Assembly (NCBI GenBank): GCA_043228905.1
Contig: JBHGNT010000020.1
Span: forward strand, 8,494,001-8,558,000
Direction of reading: 5' to 3'
Length of the DNA stretch: 64,000 nt
Origin: Azolla caroliniana
Taxonomy: Eukaryota > Plantae > Polypodiophyta
A program made the position numbers and the translations under genes. Within the stretch, counting starts at the first letter, position 1; the number at the start of each line of letters is the position of its first letter. The notes beneath the pieces were generated by a model, which saw only the letters and a list, made by a program, of their open reading frames with translations, made no database searches and had not been told where the DNA came from. Below are positions 50,180-61,452 of the stretch, piece after piece.

Positions 50180-52195
50180 AACAAAGGATTATCCGAGGAA
50201 CTTATGCTCAATGTAGTTTCTCAATTTGGATCTCTATCTTTGAAAATGTTATGTAGCTAGAAAGGAGATCAAGAGTGTCCACACTATACAAGCTAGAAAT
50301 AATACTTTCACATCTCAAGATTAATTCTTTGTCCTCTCATATTATGTAGCTAGAAATAATACTTTCACATCTCAAGATTAATTCTTTGTCCTCTCATTAT
50401 GATGAGCGTATAAGTTATTCGTCCATAATGTTATGGAGAAAGTAGAGATATGCTTGTTGATGAGCAAGGGTAAGATTTTTTTGTTGTCCTGTTGTCCGCC
50501 GGAATAGTAACCGACGGACAAGAGCGTAGGAATAAGAAATAATATAAGATCATAACGCATGTAACAGTTCACGCAGGAAGCGTGAACGGCTAAATAGACC
50601 CTGCGTATATAAAGGGCAGAAAACCTCTGATAGAGGGAGCGTGTAATTTTGGGAATGTAAGAAACGTCTCATAATAGAATTCTATCTTCTCTGATTCTCT
50701 GTGTATAGCTACGGCTAATCCACTGTGTGTGTCTTGAAGACCTAAGTGTGTAAGAACGTAAGTGTAACCTTTTCTAAGGATTCGGTCGTAGCCATCTCCC
50801 TTATACGTTGATAGGTTACAGGGAACATTCCCCTACGCATTACGCTTAGATGCCTATTCGTTGTTCCACACCCACTTGGAGGTCTAGGTCGAAGGACTGA
50901 CCGCGAACCGTGTTCTTAATCGGCAACATGTCCAAATTATGCTTGGCATTGCTAAAGATAAAGAGAGGCATGGAGTTCAAAGCTCTTTGATTAGACAATA
51001 AAGGGAGATTTTAATTTGAATAGTTTTCATTGTTTTTTTTTACCAAAAAAACACTACTTCCCATTAGTTAGCAAACAAAGTACATCAAAGTTTAACCATA
51101 TTCAACAAAACGCATGCTTCTCCCCACAAAACTAATCAAAATCCCCGGGCCACCCCCTCATTTACAACAAAAGTATCTCACCGACACTTTTTACATGGTA
51201 ACTTACTTGTACCGTAGTTGTACATATTTACATCTCTTGCCCATTAATGGAAGCCATTGGTGGAAATAGCCATCTGGGTGGGTGCTTGGTAGTTCCATTT
51301 AGGCCTTGACGATGATTTGACCATCATAGGAGAACCACCCCCATTTCAATAGAAACTTTGATCGAGCCCTTTATGCTTCATCTGTGTCCCCCTGAATCGA
51401 GTCGTATTGTCTACACAACCAAGGTACCAACTCAAACCATATGTTTAGCAACACCTCACCACTTGGGAGCTTTTGCTGCTAAAAAACAAACATACAATGC
51501 CTGGTCCAAATGTGCCAAACCGATAAGCACGCCACAATCATCCATATCTCCTCCAAAAAAATAGATTTTGTGCTAGGTCGCACTCCAACACATTGGAACA
51601 CGCTGCCACCCTACACTATAAATCCATGACCTTGTGGGTTTAACTGTTCTGCCCAACCTTCCCATGTTAACTTTAAACCCTATAAGCACCCCCCTGTTAA
51701 TCGGCTAATTACTAACTACTACCGATACAGAAGAGTGTACGTCGCTACTCAACGTTCTAACAAGGAATTGTGTTTTACGAGCGGAATTATACTATATTAA
51801 TCGGTAATTACCGTGATCGTTACTTAGTTATAAATTAGGAAGCTTGCACTTAAGAACATAGACAATAGAAAGAACACAGAATCCGTACAGGATATTCCTA
51901 ACTTAAACTTATATTACTAAATAAAACGACCTTTCTTACAATGCCTTCGGTTCCCTTTTATAGGTATACCGAAGGTCTTTTCTCATCAAGAACTATTCCT
52001 ACTTACTATCAAGATTTACAAAATTATCTAATTAACTTAGTTCTCTTCGTTTACTGCTGAGTCATTGATCCGAACAGTCAATCCGAACCGACTCTGTTTT
52101 CGACGCTTTCCCACTTGTTCGGTAAAACTGACTGTCCGGGTCCGGGTAACACTTGGCACGTCCGTGGGCCAGGACCTTGTACAGCGAACCCACGC

Positions 52196-54649
52196 CTATT
52201 CCTGTAGCTCTTCATCCGAATCGTTCAGAATATCAAAAATCGAAGGCTCATCTGGCCTTGGATGTATTCCACCTATATCTTCCTCTTCATCTTCATCTGT
52301 GTCACAGTCGTCCTTCGGAGCAGGTTGTGATTCGGTTGGCTGCTCTGGTTCACTTCTTCCGGAAGCTTGAATACCAGGAGTCTTGTTGGTTCTTTCGGCT
52401 TCGATTTTATCCAACTAGACGAAAGTGCCTATATCATTTTTGTCGAATTCTTGCATAATACGTTGAATTTCTTCTCTGTAAAATGCCGCAATTTCGTCCA
52501 TATCTTTCATGAAATCCTCTTGGATATTGTCAATATCCTTTTGTGCCATTTTAAAAAAACCTGCACCTTGGACCTGACGGTTATTTTTGTTGGCACGCAA
52601 TAACTGTAATTCCGCCGCTTGTGCTGTCCATAACTTCCATCCTTGCGCAAGGGATTCATCGATCATTTTCTTGGCTAGGTTTCGATGTTTCCCTATGATG
52701 TGCTGCACTTTGTCCCTAGTGATGCTTGCGACGTATTGGGTGGTCTGCAACTCTTTCTGTAAATCCGTAATAGTGGTTCGGTTCTCACTTTCAGCTCGCA
52801 TTAGTTTGGATTCGACTACATATATATCCAGCCGTCTTTGTTCCGATATCTTCCGAATTTCATCCAGTTGTTGTTCGAATGCCGATTTCTCTTTACTCCA
52901 TTCCTCCTGCTGTTCCGTCATTCTTCTGTTGACTTCTTCAAGACTCCGCTCTTTTTCTGTCAATTGACTTTCCTGTGACACTATATACCTTTCGAATTCT
53001 TCAATTTGTTCGGTATATGTATGATTGGCCGTCTTAGCTTCTTCTAGATTTTTCTGTAATTCGTTTATTACTTGATTTTTGTCTTCGAGAACTTTGTATT
53101 GACCATTCTGAATGGTTTCTATTTGTTTTTCTAATTCTGTAGTTCGAAATACAGCATTGTTGGCCCTTGTTGTTTCTGCTTGACGTGCTTTCTCAGCATC
53201 CTCCAATTTCTGCTGCCATTCTGACTCCGACACCATAAGTCGTGCCTGTGTTTCCCATTTGTTTAGACTTTCCTTTAGTTCTTTATTTTCTGCCTGTATG
53301 TTACAAAACTGATGTTTCAGCACCTCCGCCGATGCTGATACACTTTTGTATCTTTCAGCCATATCACTGGCTGCTTTGCGTGCCGTTTCATATTCTTTAT
53401 GAATTTCGACCAGTGCTTCATGTAATGGTGGCATTTCAATAGCCTCCCCTCTATTCTGTGCACTTCTTTTCCGGCCTATTTTCTCTATCTCTGCTTTTTC
53501 TTGAGGTTCCAACACTCCTCGTAAGGCTTTCTGTATCATTATTCGGTCATTATGTTCTTGAGCCAGCCGTTCTGATACTTCTGTCAGTCTTTTAGCCAAC
53601 CATTCAACCAGTTCGTATGAAGTTCCGAACTGTAAAATGGCAGCTAATTCATGTGCTGCTGGTGGGATATCCAAGTACCCATGTGCTTCCCGAATTGCTA
53701 CTTTTGAAGATTGTCCTTGGTGAGGTTGTGTCAAAACGCTCTCATTCCCTGGTTTTAGTACTTCTGTTACCACAGGCGTATTCGAATTTTCATTTGTGCG
53801 TTGCCTTTTCGGTGCTGATCCCTCACTGTTTTCTGGTTGGAATTGCCGATTAGCCTTTTGTTTAATCCTTGTCCTTTGTCGCATCTTCTCTGCTTGTTGT
53901 CGATTTTCTGTCGGCTGTTGCTTGTTTATCAAATTGTCAACTGTTTCTTGTTCGGCTGCTGGTTGCCTGTTTTCAGAATTCTCTGGTCTTGGTGGTTCTG
54001 ACTGAGGCATATTCGTTTGTATATTATCGGCATGTGCCGATTCTTCTTCTATCCATTCTTCATGTACTACCTGTCGGTGTCTTCATGGTGCTTGTACTAT
54101 CGGTGGTCTTCTTGACTGAACAGGAGTTTCCGATTCTTGAATCGGAAACAATACCGATAACCAACGACCAAAAATTTGCTTCATCGGTTTTCCTGTTTTT
54201 ACCCCTTGTAGCTGCTCTCTCAGAGCTTTCCCCGACAATAGTGGCCAGTTGAAATCCTCTTTTTCGTATGCGGCTATGATAAACCCAGCCCTTTTTTTCG
54301 GCATACAATAAAAACGAGGACTGACAAATCCCACCTCTAATAAAAATCTAGCCACTTCATGAAAAAACTCATCCCGACCTCCATAAGTCTGATATGCTTT
54401 TGCCGAGGGTGAGTATTCCCCGAAATACGATTGGAGTGCTTCTGATGAAGGTTTTTTAACTGCCTCAAAGCCTCCTCTTGGCATCTGTAATGCATTTCAT
54501 ATTTTCTTTGTGGTGATTTTGGTGATGTCTATTTGTTGTACCAATTCTTCCGCCTGCGGATGAGGTTCCGCTTCTGCTACTTTGATGAAACCTTGTAAGT
54601 TTCTCTCATGAAGCCACAATCGCAGTTCTTCAGATACAGGAATCGGCAT
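52196..54649 (-). pseudogene. Extra ORF after pol (long coiled coil, acidic tail), with a few lesions
   Basis: ORF pieces 54497-54853, 54083-54484, 52415-54010, 52196-52414, homologous to 47896-50179. Confidence 0.8.
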
Positions 54650-55065
54650 GACTTCTGTGTTTCCTTGTTCTGAATCACTTGTCGATAACGGTTGCAGATC
54701 TGCACAGTTTCTGTAGCGATGAAAATCAGAAAAACAGAGTTTGGGCGAACTAGGGCACGAAGGCTCAGACTGTTTCGATATCTGCACTCGTTTCCGTTGT
54801 TTTGGCGACACAGACGATACAGAAATATGCTTTAAAGATATTAACTTATGCATGATGACTTAAAGAATAGTAATTGCTATTAATGTAGGAATTAATTAGT
54901 ATTCACTCTACGTGTAGTGGTTGTACTCCTTACTAATAATCATGCAATTCCTCTTTCTATTTATAGTCGATTCATACTGTTATGGCAAGATTGTATTGCT
55001 GCATTTGACAAGAACTATTGAGTGAGTTAGTTAGTTTTTTTTTTTTTTTTTTTTTTTTTCTTTTT

Positions 55066-58000
55066 TTACTCTTCCGTTTGAATAAACGGATTTACCGGCA
55101 TATCTCCCAAATACGGTTTAAGCCGGAATCCATTTACCCATTTCGGTAAAACCTCTCCGGTTAATGATCCCAGCTGGTACGTACCATTTTTACTATTAAT
55201 TATCCATACTGGACCTGTCCATCTATACCGGAGTTTCCCAGGCATAAGTCCCATTCTCGTCTGGAATACCAATACCGGTTTCCCAATTTCGAATTGCTCT
55301 TCCGATTTCCTTCGATGTCGATTTACGAATGCCTTGATTTGTCTCTGCTTGTGTTCTAGTGCTGACATTGATTGAATCCGTTCTTCTTCTAATACTAATA
55401 AAGCCTCTTTGCGTATCTGCTCCGATTCTATTTCATTTAACTTATTCGTTGCTTGGATACGAAGTGTCGGAATTTGAAATTCGATCGGCATAACGGCTTC
55501 GAGTCCGAATGCCATTCGGAAAGGTGTTGATTTAATGGATGTTTTGTACGAAGTACGATATGCCCATAATGCACTATTTAACTTTTGATCCCAATCAGTA
55601 CGATTTTCATTCACTATCTTCTTTAAAATTGTTTGAATTGTTTTATTTGTCGATTTTGCCAATCCATTAGCTTGGGGATAGTAAGGCGTACTTTTCTTAT
55701 GAACTACGGCATAGTAATTGGTTAATTCGTTAATTAACTTGTTAATAAAATGAGTGCCTTGATCGCTTACCAATTCTATTGGGCAACCAAATCGACACCA
55801 TATATACTCATACAGGAATTTTGCTGTGGATGCTGCTGTATTGTCCCTGAGAGCTTTTGCTTCAACCCATTTTGTGCAATAGTCAGTCGCAATTATGATA
55901 TATCGATTACCGGTTCTTGCAGCTGCTGGTTTGAATGGGCCAACAAAATCTAAGCCCCATTTCTGAAATGGCTCAAGAGGTAAAACTGGTTGAAAAGGCA
56001 TTCGATCCTTTTCGGTTGGTTGCCCCATTCTTTGACACAAATCGCATTTCTTATAGTATTCGTTAGCATCTTTCATCACCGTTGGCCACCATAACCCGCT
56101 ATTCCATATTTTTCTGGCTGTTGCTTCTCCTGCGTAATGACCGCCAACAATTCCACAATGTGACTCTGTTAATATGGCTGATTTTTCAAATTTTCGTACT
56201 GCCCTTCGCCATATTCCATCCGCTCCTTTATGATACAATATGTCATTAAATAAACAAAAATTCCGACTTCGTACTGCAATTCTTTTTCTTTCATCTGTCG
56301 ACATGTGTTCGACCGGAATTCCTGTTGATAGAAATATCGTCATTTCGGAAATCCATTCATCCTCTTTTTCCTCATTCACTTCATGCGCTTTTACTGCCTC
56401 AACCCGAAATAATTGAGTATCTGGAAAATCATCTTTAACCCCAACCGCTTCTTCTCCAGACTCAAGCCGACTGAGATAGTCAGCAATCGCGTGTTGTGCT
56501 CCTGGTCGATGTATAATGTCGAATTCAAACTCTTGAAGCAATAACGTCCATCTGGCTAACTTGCCTGTCAATTCTTGTTTGGAAACTAGATACAGTAAAG
56601 CCGAATGATCCACATGAAATGTAAATTTCTTACCCAAAAGGTAATGTCGAAATTTGTTCACACTATATATCATTCCCAAAGCTTCTCTTTCGGTTGTTGA
56701 ATAGTTTCTTTCGGCCGACGAAAGTTTCCTACTGGCATAGTATACCGGCCTATACCAGTTTGGTTCGGATAATTGCATTAAAGCACTGCCTATGGCAATG
56801 TCCGACGCATCGACGAAAACATGAAATGGTTTGTTCCAGTCCGGTGGTTGAACTACCGGAACCTTCGTCAGCATCTTCTTGAGACATTCGTATGCATCTT
56901 GTTCTATACTTGTCCATATAAAAGGAACTTTGTGTACTGCTGTGTGTAACGGGATAGCAATGTCTGCTAGATATCTCATCATTCTACTGTGCCACCGAAT
57001 TTGACCCAAAAATCTACTTAGAGCTTTAGCATTTGTTGGTGGTGTTGCCTCAATAATTGCTTTAACTTTCTCTGGGTCCACTGCAATCCCTTCTTGACTG
57101 ACAATATGCCCAAGTAACGTACCACTCATTACTCCGAACGCGCATTTGGCTGGATTTAAGCTAAGACGCCCTTTTCGACATTTTTCTAAACATAGCCGTA
57201 AATGCTCAAAATGATCAGCTTTCCGACTATATACTGCAAAATCATCTAAAAACACCTGCATGAAAGCTCGAATATATTCCCCGAATATTTCCTGTATTAC
57301 CCGCTGAAATGTAGCTGGAGCTGTTTTTAAACCGAACATCATTACTACTGCCACAAAGACACCCCATTCTGTGACGAAGGCTGTCTTTTCCTGATCTTCC
57401 GGATTCATCCGTACTTGGTTGTACCCACTGAACCCATCCAAGAAACTATAAATTTCATGTCCCGCTACTGCATCTAATATGCCATCTGTGAATGGCAACG
57501 GAAATGCATCCGTAATTGTCGCTGCATTCAATTTTCTGTAATCCACACATACGCGAATTTTCCCATTCTTTTTCGGGACTACTACTATCGGACTCAGCCA
57601 TGATGATTTTTTGACGGGTCGAATAAATCCTACTTTTAAGAGTTTATCGATTTCTTCTTTTACTTTGATAGCATAATTCGGATTCAACCTGTACCTGCGT
57701 TGTTGTACTGGCTTTGCATCTTTATGCAAATTGATTTGATGTTGACAAAAAGCGGGATCCAGACCTTTCATATCGTCAAACGACCATGCAAAAACATCTT
57801 TATATTGTAATAGTAATGTTGTTAATGTCCGTTTGTCATTTTCCGCCAAATCTCTAGCAATCAAGACTGTTTTTCTTTCAGCATCCTCTACTCCTGCCAA
57901 ATCGATCTCCTCCAATGCTGAGGCTTGCACTCTCTGAGATACCTTCATTTCCTTATCTGTAGCTTCTTGTTGCATTCGTATTTCTTTCATTGTTTGCTCA

Positions 58001-59493
58001 TCGATTGGCACTTCTTCGTGTGAGTCTACATATGGTGTTAATGCTTGCAAAATATCTACCTCAAATAGAGGGATGATTTTCTGATTATCATCGAAATACT
58101 GACTTTCTTCTTCCTCGTCCAATCCTTCCATCATATTAACTGCTTCTGCATGTACAGGTAAACTCTGTTTGCTTGTTGTCACTTTGTTGTGCGTCGGAAT
58201 CCTGACCTTAGTTTTTCCTTTCCTAAATGTTAGCACATTTTGTTTCCAATTTTGTTTAATATTAGCTGTCTTTAACCATGGTCTCCCCAATAACAAGGGG
58301 TATGCTCCCTGTGTTTCTAACTGCAAAATTACTGCCGAAATCTGAAAACTGTGTCCCCCGATTATTACGTCCAGTTCTCGAAGCAAACCAATCGATCGTA
58401 CCATACTTGTATCTGCCATTCGTAACCAAAACGGACATGCTTCCCATTCCGTGATTCCCAGTTTTTCACATGTAGTTTTGTTAATCACATTAACACCCGA
58501 GCCTCCATCTATAATCACATTTCCGATTTCTTGCCCGTAAAGTATTACCTTAATCGACGGATTCTGTTCATCCATGATCGAAGGGTTATTACTTGGTTGA
58601 TTGTAGTGTACTGCTATTTGTTCGGAACCTTTATATGCAATTAATGCTGCCACTTTTTCTGTAAACCTTGGTACTAACTTAAGTAAGCCCGTAAGTGGCA
58701 ATGACACTTGGCAATCAGCCAACAGTTTCCAAGTTTCTTCCTGTTCCTTATTCCCCAATGACTGTTGTACAGCGATGTCCTGGTCAATGTTATTGTCTTG
58801 TAACATTCGATTCACATTACTTTGATTTGCTTCGTCCACCCATTCTTTTGCCGCCTTCTGAACTTCTTCCTGAATTTCCCACTCTGATTGTTTGCTTTTG
58901 CTGCGTGTCGTTACTTGCTGAACTTCCGGTATTACCATATTAACTGCTGGACCCTTTCCTTTAACCGGACATTGATTAGCATAATGGCCTATTTGTCGAC
59001 AAATGTAACAAGTGGGTACAAATGTTGCACTGGTCTCTCCATGTGCAAATTGGCTGTTATTAAATTGCTGCTCTTCATTACCATTCGGGTTTTGTTGGTA
59101 TTGACGTGTAGCTTTTGGTTTGTAAAATCTCTTGTTTTTATACCGATTCTGCCTAAATTGTTCAGTATTATCATTTGGTTGTGCTATATTGTGTGGTATC
59201 CCGAACTCCTGATTTGGCGGAAAATTACTCTGTTGAAACATTTGATTATTTTGTGGAACGGTTTGAGTATTATGTTGAAAGGTCATATTACCCGGTTGAA
59301 ATGCCGGATTTGGTTGAAATGTAGAATTCGGTTGCACATTCAGACAGTTCTGTTGAAACCCTTGAAATGGTGGGTTACCTTGTTGGAAACTTTGATTATT
59401 TTGTTGAAAATATTGATTCAGATTCTGTACAAATGGTGGATTGGATTGAACAAAACCTGGTTGAAATGCTTGAGTCACTTGAGTGGGTTGCAT
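55066..59493 (-). CDS. pol: Gag C-terminus plus Pol (1475-aa open segment); upstream gag (to 60558) is frameshifted
   Basis: CYICRQIGHYANQC, IIDGGSG, FLDD, VDASD, DFVGP, SDQG. The third integrase catalytic E reads as K. Confidence 0.9.
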   Translation of the reverse strand: MQPTQVTQAFQPGFVQSNPPFVQNLNQYFQQNNQSFQQGNPPFQGFQQNCLNVQPNSTFQPNPAFQPGNMTFQHNTQTVPQNNQMFQQSNFPPNQEFGIPHNIAQPNDNTEQFRQNRYKNKRFYKPKATRQYQQNPNGNEEQQFNNSQFAHGETSATFVPTCYICRQIGHYANQCPVKGKGPAVNMVIPEVQQVTTRSKSKQSEWEIQEEVQKAAKEWVDEANQSNVNRMLQDNNIDQDIAVQQSLGNKEQEETWKLLADCQVSLPLTGLLKLVPRFTEKVAALIAYKGSEQIAVHYNQPSNNPSIMDEQNPSIKVILYGQEIGNVIIDGGSGVNVINKTTCEKLGITEWEACPFWLRMADTSMVRSIGLLRELDVIIGGHSFQISAVILQLETQGAYPLLLGRPWLKTANIKQNWKQNVLTFRKGKTKVRIPTHNKVTTSKQSLPVHAEAVNMMEGLDEEEESQYFDDNQKIIPLFEVDILQALTPYVDSHEEVPIDEQTMKEIRMQQEATDKEMKVSQRVQASALEEIDLAGVEDAERKTVLIARDLAENDKRTLTTLLLQYKDVFAWSFDDMKGLDPAFCQHQINLHKDAKPVQQRRYRLNPNYAIKVKEEIDKLLKVGFIRPVKKSSWLSPIVVVPKKNGKIRVCVDYRKLNAATITDAFPLPFTDGILDAVAGHEIYSFLDGFSGYNQVRMNPEDQEKTAFVTEWGVFVAVVMMFGLKTAPATFQRVIQEIFGEYIRAFMQVFLDDFAVYSRKADHFEHLRLCLEKCRKGRLSLNPAKCAFGVMSGTLLGHIVSQEGIAVDPEKVKAIIEATPPTNAKALSRFLGQIRWHSRMMRYLADIAIPLHTAVHKVPFIWTSIEQDAYECLKKMLTKVPVVQPPDWNKPFHVFVDASDIAIGSALMQLSEPNWYRPVYYASRKLSSAERNYSTTEREALGMIYSVNKFRHYLLGKKFTFHVDHSALLYLVSKQELTGKLARWTLLLQEFEFDIIHRPGAQHAIADYLSRLESGEEAVGVKDDFPDTQLFRVEAVKAHEVNEEKEDEWISEMTIFLSTGIPVEHMSTDERKRIAVRSRNFCLFNDILYHKGADGIWRRAVRKFEKSAILTESHCGIVGGHYAGEATARKIWNSGLWWPTVMKDANEYYKKCDLCQRMGQPTEKDRMPFQPVLPLEPFQKWGLDFVGPFKPAAARTGNRYIIIATDYCTKWVEAKALRDNTAASTAKFLYEYIWCRFGCPIELVSDQGTHFINKLINELTNYYAVVHKKSTPYYPQANGLAKSTNKTIQTILKKIVNENRTDWDQKLNSALWAYRTSYKTSIKSTPFRMAFGLEAVMPIEFQIPTLRIQATNKLNEIESEQIRKEALLVLEEERIQSMSALEHKQRQIKAFVNRHRRKSEEQFEIGKPVLVFQTRMGLMPGKLRYRWTGPVWIINSKNGTYQLGSLTGEVLPKWVNGFRLKPYLGDMPVNPFIQTEE

Positions 59494-61452
59494 ATTTTGT
59501 TGTGAAAAGATCTGATTTGGCTATAGAACCGGATTCTGTTGTACATTTTGCTGATTTTGTGAAAAATTATTATTTTCATAACCATTGAACAGATTAGTGT
59601 TATTTTGGTAACCATTGTCAGTAAAAATTTGTCGTACTGACGCCGTAGTCTTATTAAGCAGATTATATTCACATTGTTCTACTGAATGTAATTTTGAATG
59701 ACATATTGTACAATGTGTTCTTAACGTACATTCAATTGCCGAATGCCCCGTATTTAAACAAGTGGTGCATTGAACTGCTTGTCGAAATTGTAACTCCTAT
59801 ATTGTTGGTAATGTACGGTGTAATGCCGACATGTCCATACTCTGAACATTGACCGGTGGTCGACCCATTTCTATTGCTTTATCAATTACTTGTTCGATAG
59901 TCTGATTTCGAAAATCGAACACTTTCAATGTCGTCCTTAATGGTTCTTTTACAGCTTCTAGAAAGACTTCTTTTAATTCCTTATCCGGAATCGGCCTTGA
60001 AATCTGAAGCTGTAAGTTCTAAAATCGTATCACAAACTGAGATACTGTTTCATTTTTTTCTTGATATAACGCATAAAATTGCGCAATCAAATCCTTCTGC
60101 GGAATTTGTTGATGAAATAATTGTAAAAATTTACTAGTTAACACTTCAAAGGATGAAAATCCTTGAAGACCGTTCTGCGCAAACCAATTAGCGGAATATC
60201 CGTCTAATGATAAGACGAACTCAACGATTTTTGACTTATCTTCGGCATCTGCCGACAATCGTTGAGCTCCATGGTTAATCTCCCATGTCGTTAAGAAATC
60301 CCTAACATGTGCTTCCGCATCTGTTCCTTCCCGGAACTTAGAATAAGTATAAGGCATATCATCCCAAATGTCGTAAAACGATACCTCTTCCGTCTGTTTT
60401 TCGTCTGAAGGTAATTGATCGGATAAGTCAGGAAGTTTCGACCACTTTGTGCTTGATTCCGGCTGTTCTTGCGCAATGAACGCTTGCTGCACTACCTTCG
60501 TAACTGACCTTGTACGAGGGCGCTTACAACTGACCGGTGCCTCCTCTTCATACGACATCCATTCGAATTGTTCTCTGCTTAATTGCAGATGTAACCGGGC
60601 GTGCCAAAATTCTTCTGTGTTAATCGGCTAATTACTAACTACTACCGATACAAAAGAGTGAACGTCGCTACTCAACGTTCTAACAAGGAATTGTGTTTTA
60701 CGAACGGAATTATACTATATTAATCGGTAATTACCGTGATCGTTACTTAGTTATAAATTAGGAAGCTTGCACTTAAGAACATAGACAATAGAAAGAACAC
60801 AGAATCCGTACAGGATATTCCTAACTTAAACTTATATTACTAAATAAAACGACCTTTCTTACAATGCCTTCGGTTCCCTTTTATAGGTATACCGAAGGTC
60901 TTTTCTCATCAAGAACTATTCCTACTTACTATCAAGATTTACAAAATTATCTAACTAACTTAGTTCTCTTCGTTTACTGCTGAGTCATTGATCCGAACAG
61001 TCGATCCGAACCGACTCTGTTTTCGACGCTTTCCCACTTGTTCGGTAAAACTGACTGTCCGGGTCCGGGTAACACCCCCCACAACTCTCCCATTCACATC
61101 GCATGTTGTCACTATCCTGAGACTTCTACCCCAAATGCTAATTGCCTCTGCACAATTCCAAAAACAGTGAGGCATCGATTCCATAGAGTGTCCACATAAC
61201 TTGCAACCAACCTCCCCACCACGACACCTCATCCACTTCCCTGCAAGTATCACCATATGGCTAAGAAGCCACAACAAAACCTTTATTTTTTCAAGCATAT
61301 CCAACGCCCATAGTCTCCTCCAAAACGACTTCAATAAGTCATCTAATATGCATTTATCCCTCCAACTATTGCGAGTCTGAGCAGTGCCCACTGATTTGGT
61401 ACCAATGATTTTCCTTCCTAGCTCAATAGTATACTATAAAAACCCCTTTGTT

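Larger units (their letters stand above)
36467..50928 (+). mobile_element. Non-chromovirus Ty3/gypsy element with an extra 3' ORF; 439-bp LTRs (36467-36619 + 41411-41696; 50490-50928); TSD TGTCC
   Basis: LTR ends TGTTG...CAACA. TGTCC at 36462-36466 and 50929-50933. PBS TGGCACGCTTGGTG 41701-41714. Gag-pol fragments 41878-47555. Confidence 0.93.
51695..61074 (-). mobile_element. Full-length non-chromovirus Ty3/gypsy element with an extra ORF; 457-bp LTRs 51695-52151 and 60618-61074; TSD CCCCC
   Basis: LTRs nearly identical (about 5 differences seen). PBS TGGCACGCCCGGT 60594-60606. Order gag-PR-RT-RH-INT, with no chromodomain and no second RNase H seen. Confidence 0.97.
51030..61430 (-). mobile_element. 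L1 LINE 3' remnant (zinc-finger region) split by the gypsy element; pieces ~51030-51694 and 61075-~61430
   Basis: FWRRLW...KIKVLLW...CKLCGHSMESMPHCFWNC in ORF 60960-61391. T-run at ~51033. Boundaries are approximate. Confidence 0.65.
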
